From the NCBI GenBank assembly GCA_016839805.1, contig JAEOTO010000017.1, positions 1 through 27,192 of the forward strand: a DNA stretch of 27,192 nt, read 5' to 3'. Each line of letters starts with the position of its first letter. Positions within the stretch are counted from its first letter, which is position 1. The position numbers and the translations under genes are program-made. Below, one piece after another: positions 26,269 through 27,192 of the stretch. Under the pieces are notes generated by a model. It made no database searches and was not told the DNA's origin. It saw nothing but the letters and a program-made list of their open reading frames with translations. Source of the DNA: Candidatus Hermodarchaeota archaeon. Its GTDB lineage: Archaea; Asgardarchaeota; Hermodarchaeia; Hermodarchaeales; Hermodarchaeaceae.

Positions 26269-27192
26269 TTATTTACGACGGGCTAATTTGACTTTATCGT
26301 CTTTGAGTTCAAGTAGTCTTGCACGTACTAATTCTTGTACACGACGTCGCGCTTCGAACACTCCAACTCCCAATATTTTACTGAGTTCTTCAAGAGTACG
26401 TTGTCCCGTCTCTCGAACAAGAAGGTAAATTCGATATTTTGAATCCTTTTCAAGGGCTTTTTTCAGCTGCTCTAATTCTACTTCTAAATCATTAACGCGT
26501 CGACGGAGCACAGTAGTGTCCTGTACTGCTTCTCGTTGAACAATTCCTACAGTTCGGAGTTGGTCTGCCTCAGTCTGTGCATCCTGGGCTATATCCTTCT
26601 TTGTGAGTATGTCTTTTTGTAACGCGACAAGCTCCTCATCCCGCTTCTTAACTACTCCACGTAATTTGCCAATTTGCTCCGCCATTGCCTCCAATTGACC
26701 GAGGAGCTGTTCTTCTCGAGACTTGGAAAGTTTCTCCTGTTTTTTCAGCTCCTTTTCAAGGGTAGAAACTTGATTCCCGGATTCAGTGAGTTTTTTATCC
26801 AATTCTTTGATTTGCTTGGTCCTTTGTTTGATTTCGTCTTCGAGTTGAGGGATTTTTTCTTGAAATTGTGCGTTATCCGTGTTAGCTTGGTTAAGTTCTT
26901 CTGTTAACGAGGCTATTTGATTCTCGAATTCATTCTTCTTGCTGTTAATCTCATCAACCTGGTTGATAAGCTCGGATACTTGTTTAGATAATTCTTGGTT
27001 CTTTTGTTTCGATTGCTCAATTTCGGTATTCAGCTGGCTAATCTTAGAACGGAGTTCCGTTACTATATCCTCTTCTTCAACTGCTTCTGCCATGGATACT
27101 TCTGGTTCCTCTTCGATGGGTTCTTCTGTGGTGTCTTCTGGTTCCTCTTCGATGGGTTCTTCTGTGGTGTCTTCTGGTTCCTCTTCGATGGG
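26269..27192 (-). CDS. 5'-truncated protein: acidic tandem repeats, long coiled coil, C-terminal winged HTH
   Basis: Frame stays open upstream of ATG 27093 to the window edge (PIEEEPEDTTEE repeats); about 200 aa of heptads; C-terminus RIYLLVRETGQRTLEELSKILGVGVFEARRRVQELVRARLLEL is wHTH-like. Confidence 0.85.
   Translation of the reverse strand, partial: PIEEEPEDTTEEPIEEEPEDTTEEPIEEEPEVSMAEAVEEEDIVTELRSKISQLNTEIEQSKQKNQELSKQVSELINQVDEINSKKNEFENQIASLTEELNQANTDNAQFQEKIPQLEDEIKQRTKQIKELDKKLTESGNQVSTLEKELKKQEKLSKSREEQLLGQLEAMAEQIGKLRGVVKKRDEELVALQKDILTKKDIAQDAQTEADQLRTVGIVQREAVQDTTVLRRRVNDLEVELEQLKKALEKDSKYRIYLLVRETGQRTLEELSKILGVGVFEARRRVQELVRARLLELKDDKVKLARRK
27099..27192 (-). repeat. Perfect 36-bp coding tandem repeat (at least 2.6 copies, runs off the window)
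   Basis: Unit ttctggttcctcttcgatgggttcttctgtggtgtc on the plus strand encodes PIEEEPEDTTEE on the minus strand. Confidence 0.95.

Noticed and set aside
7152-26907. Numerous short antisense or alternate-frame ORFs in the ORF track overlapping the called genes
   Set aside because: They overlap well-supported genes and show no motifs or independent start signals.
27099-27192. 36-bp repeat as a CRISPR repeat
   Set aside because: Units are head-to-tail with no spacers and are in frame with the coiled-coil CDS.

Overview
Archaeal chromosomal window (RpoH/Rpb5 domain, TATA-like promoters, group 4 [NiFe]-hydrogenase; an Asgard- or TACK-type host is plausible but is inference only). The right part (~8.5-27 kb) is mostly housekeeping or metabolic: catalase, LonC-type protease, P-type ATPase, M29 aminopeptidase, sulfite-oxidase-like molybdoenzyme, two MBL-fold hydrolases, DUF4139 protein, Rpb5-like protein, CoA-transferase-like pair, CorA and a repeat/coiled-coil/wHTH protein. 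The left 6.7 kb is the unusual part. Downstream of a stand-alone hydrogenase large-subunit gene (5471-6676, minus strand) lie four same-orientation, decayed copies of that gene's 3' end (488-613, 1004-1135, 2519-2634, 3247-3309), each separated by a short cargo block (small ORF; two membrane ORFans; msrB; a 692-aa HTH + double-LAGLIDADG protein abutting the hydrogenase stop codon). Copy B differs from the resident gene mainly at synonymous sites, three copies begin at the DPCFSC Ni-ligand codons, and the resident gene switches codon usage at the same spot. This looks like a cassette-accretion hotspot in which incoming DNA repeatedly replaces the hydrogenase tail, possibly driven by the LAGLIDADG protein, with no integrase visible in the window. 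A mirror-image C/A versus G/T strand skew is centred on the site. Other notable items: a P2A-like ATPase with a flippase-like Ile in place of the PEGL Glu, a eukaryote-like two-domain Rpb5, a CoA-transferase-like pair lacking the catalytic Glu, and a candidate ~145-nt ncRNA. All family assignments come from motifs recognised by eye; no searches were run.
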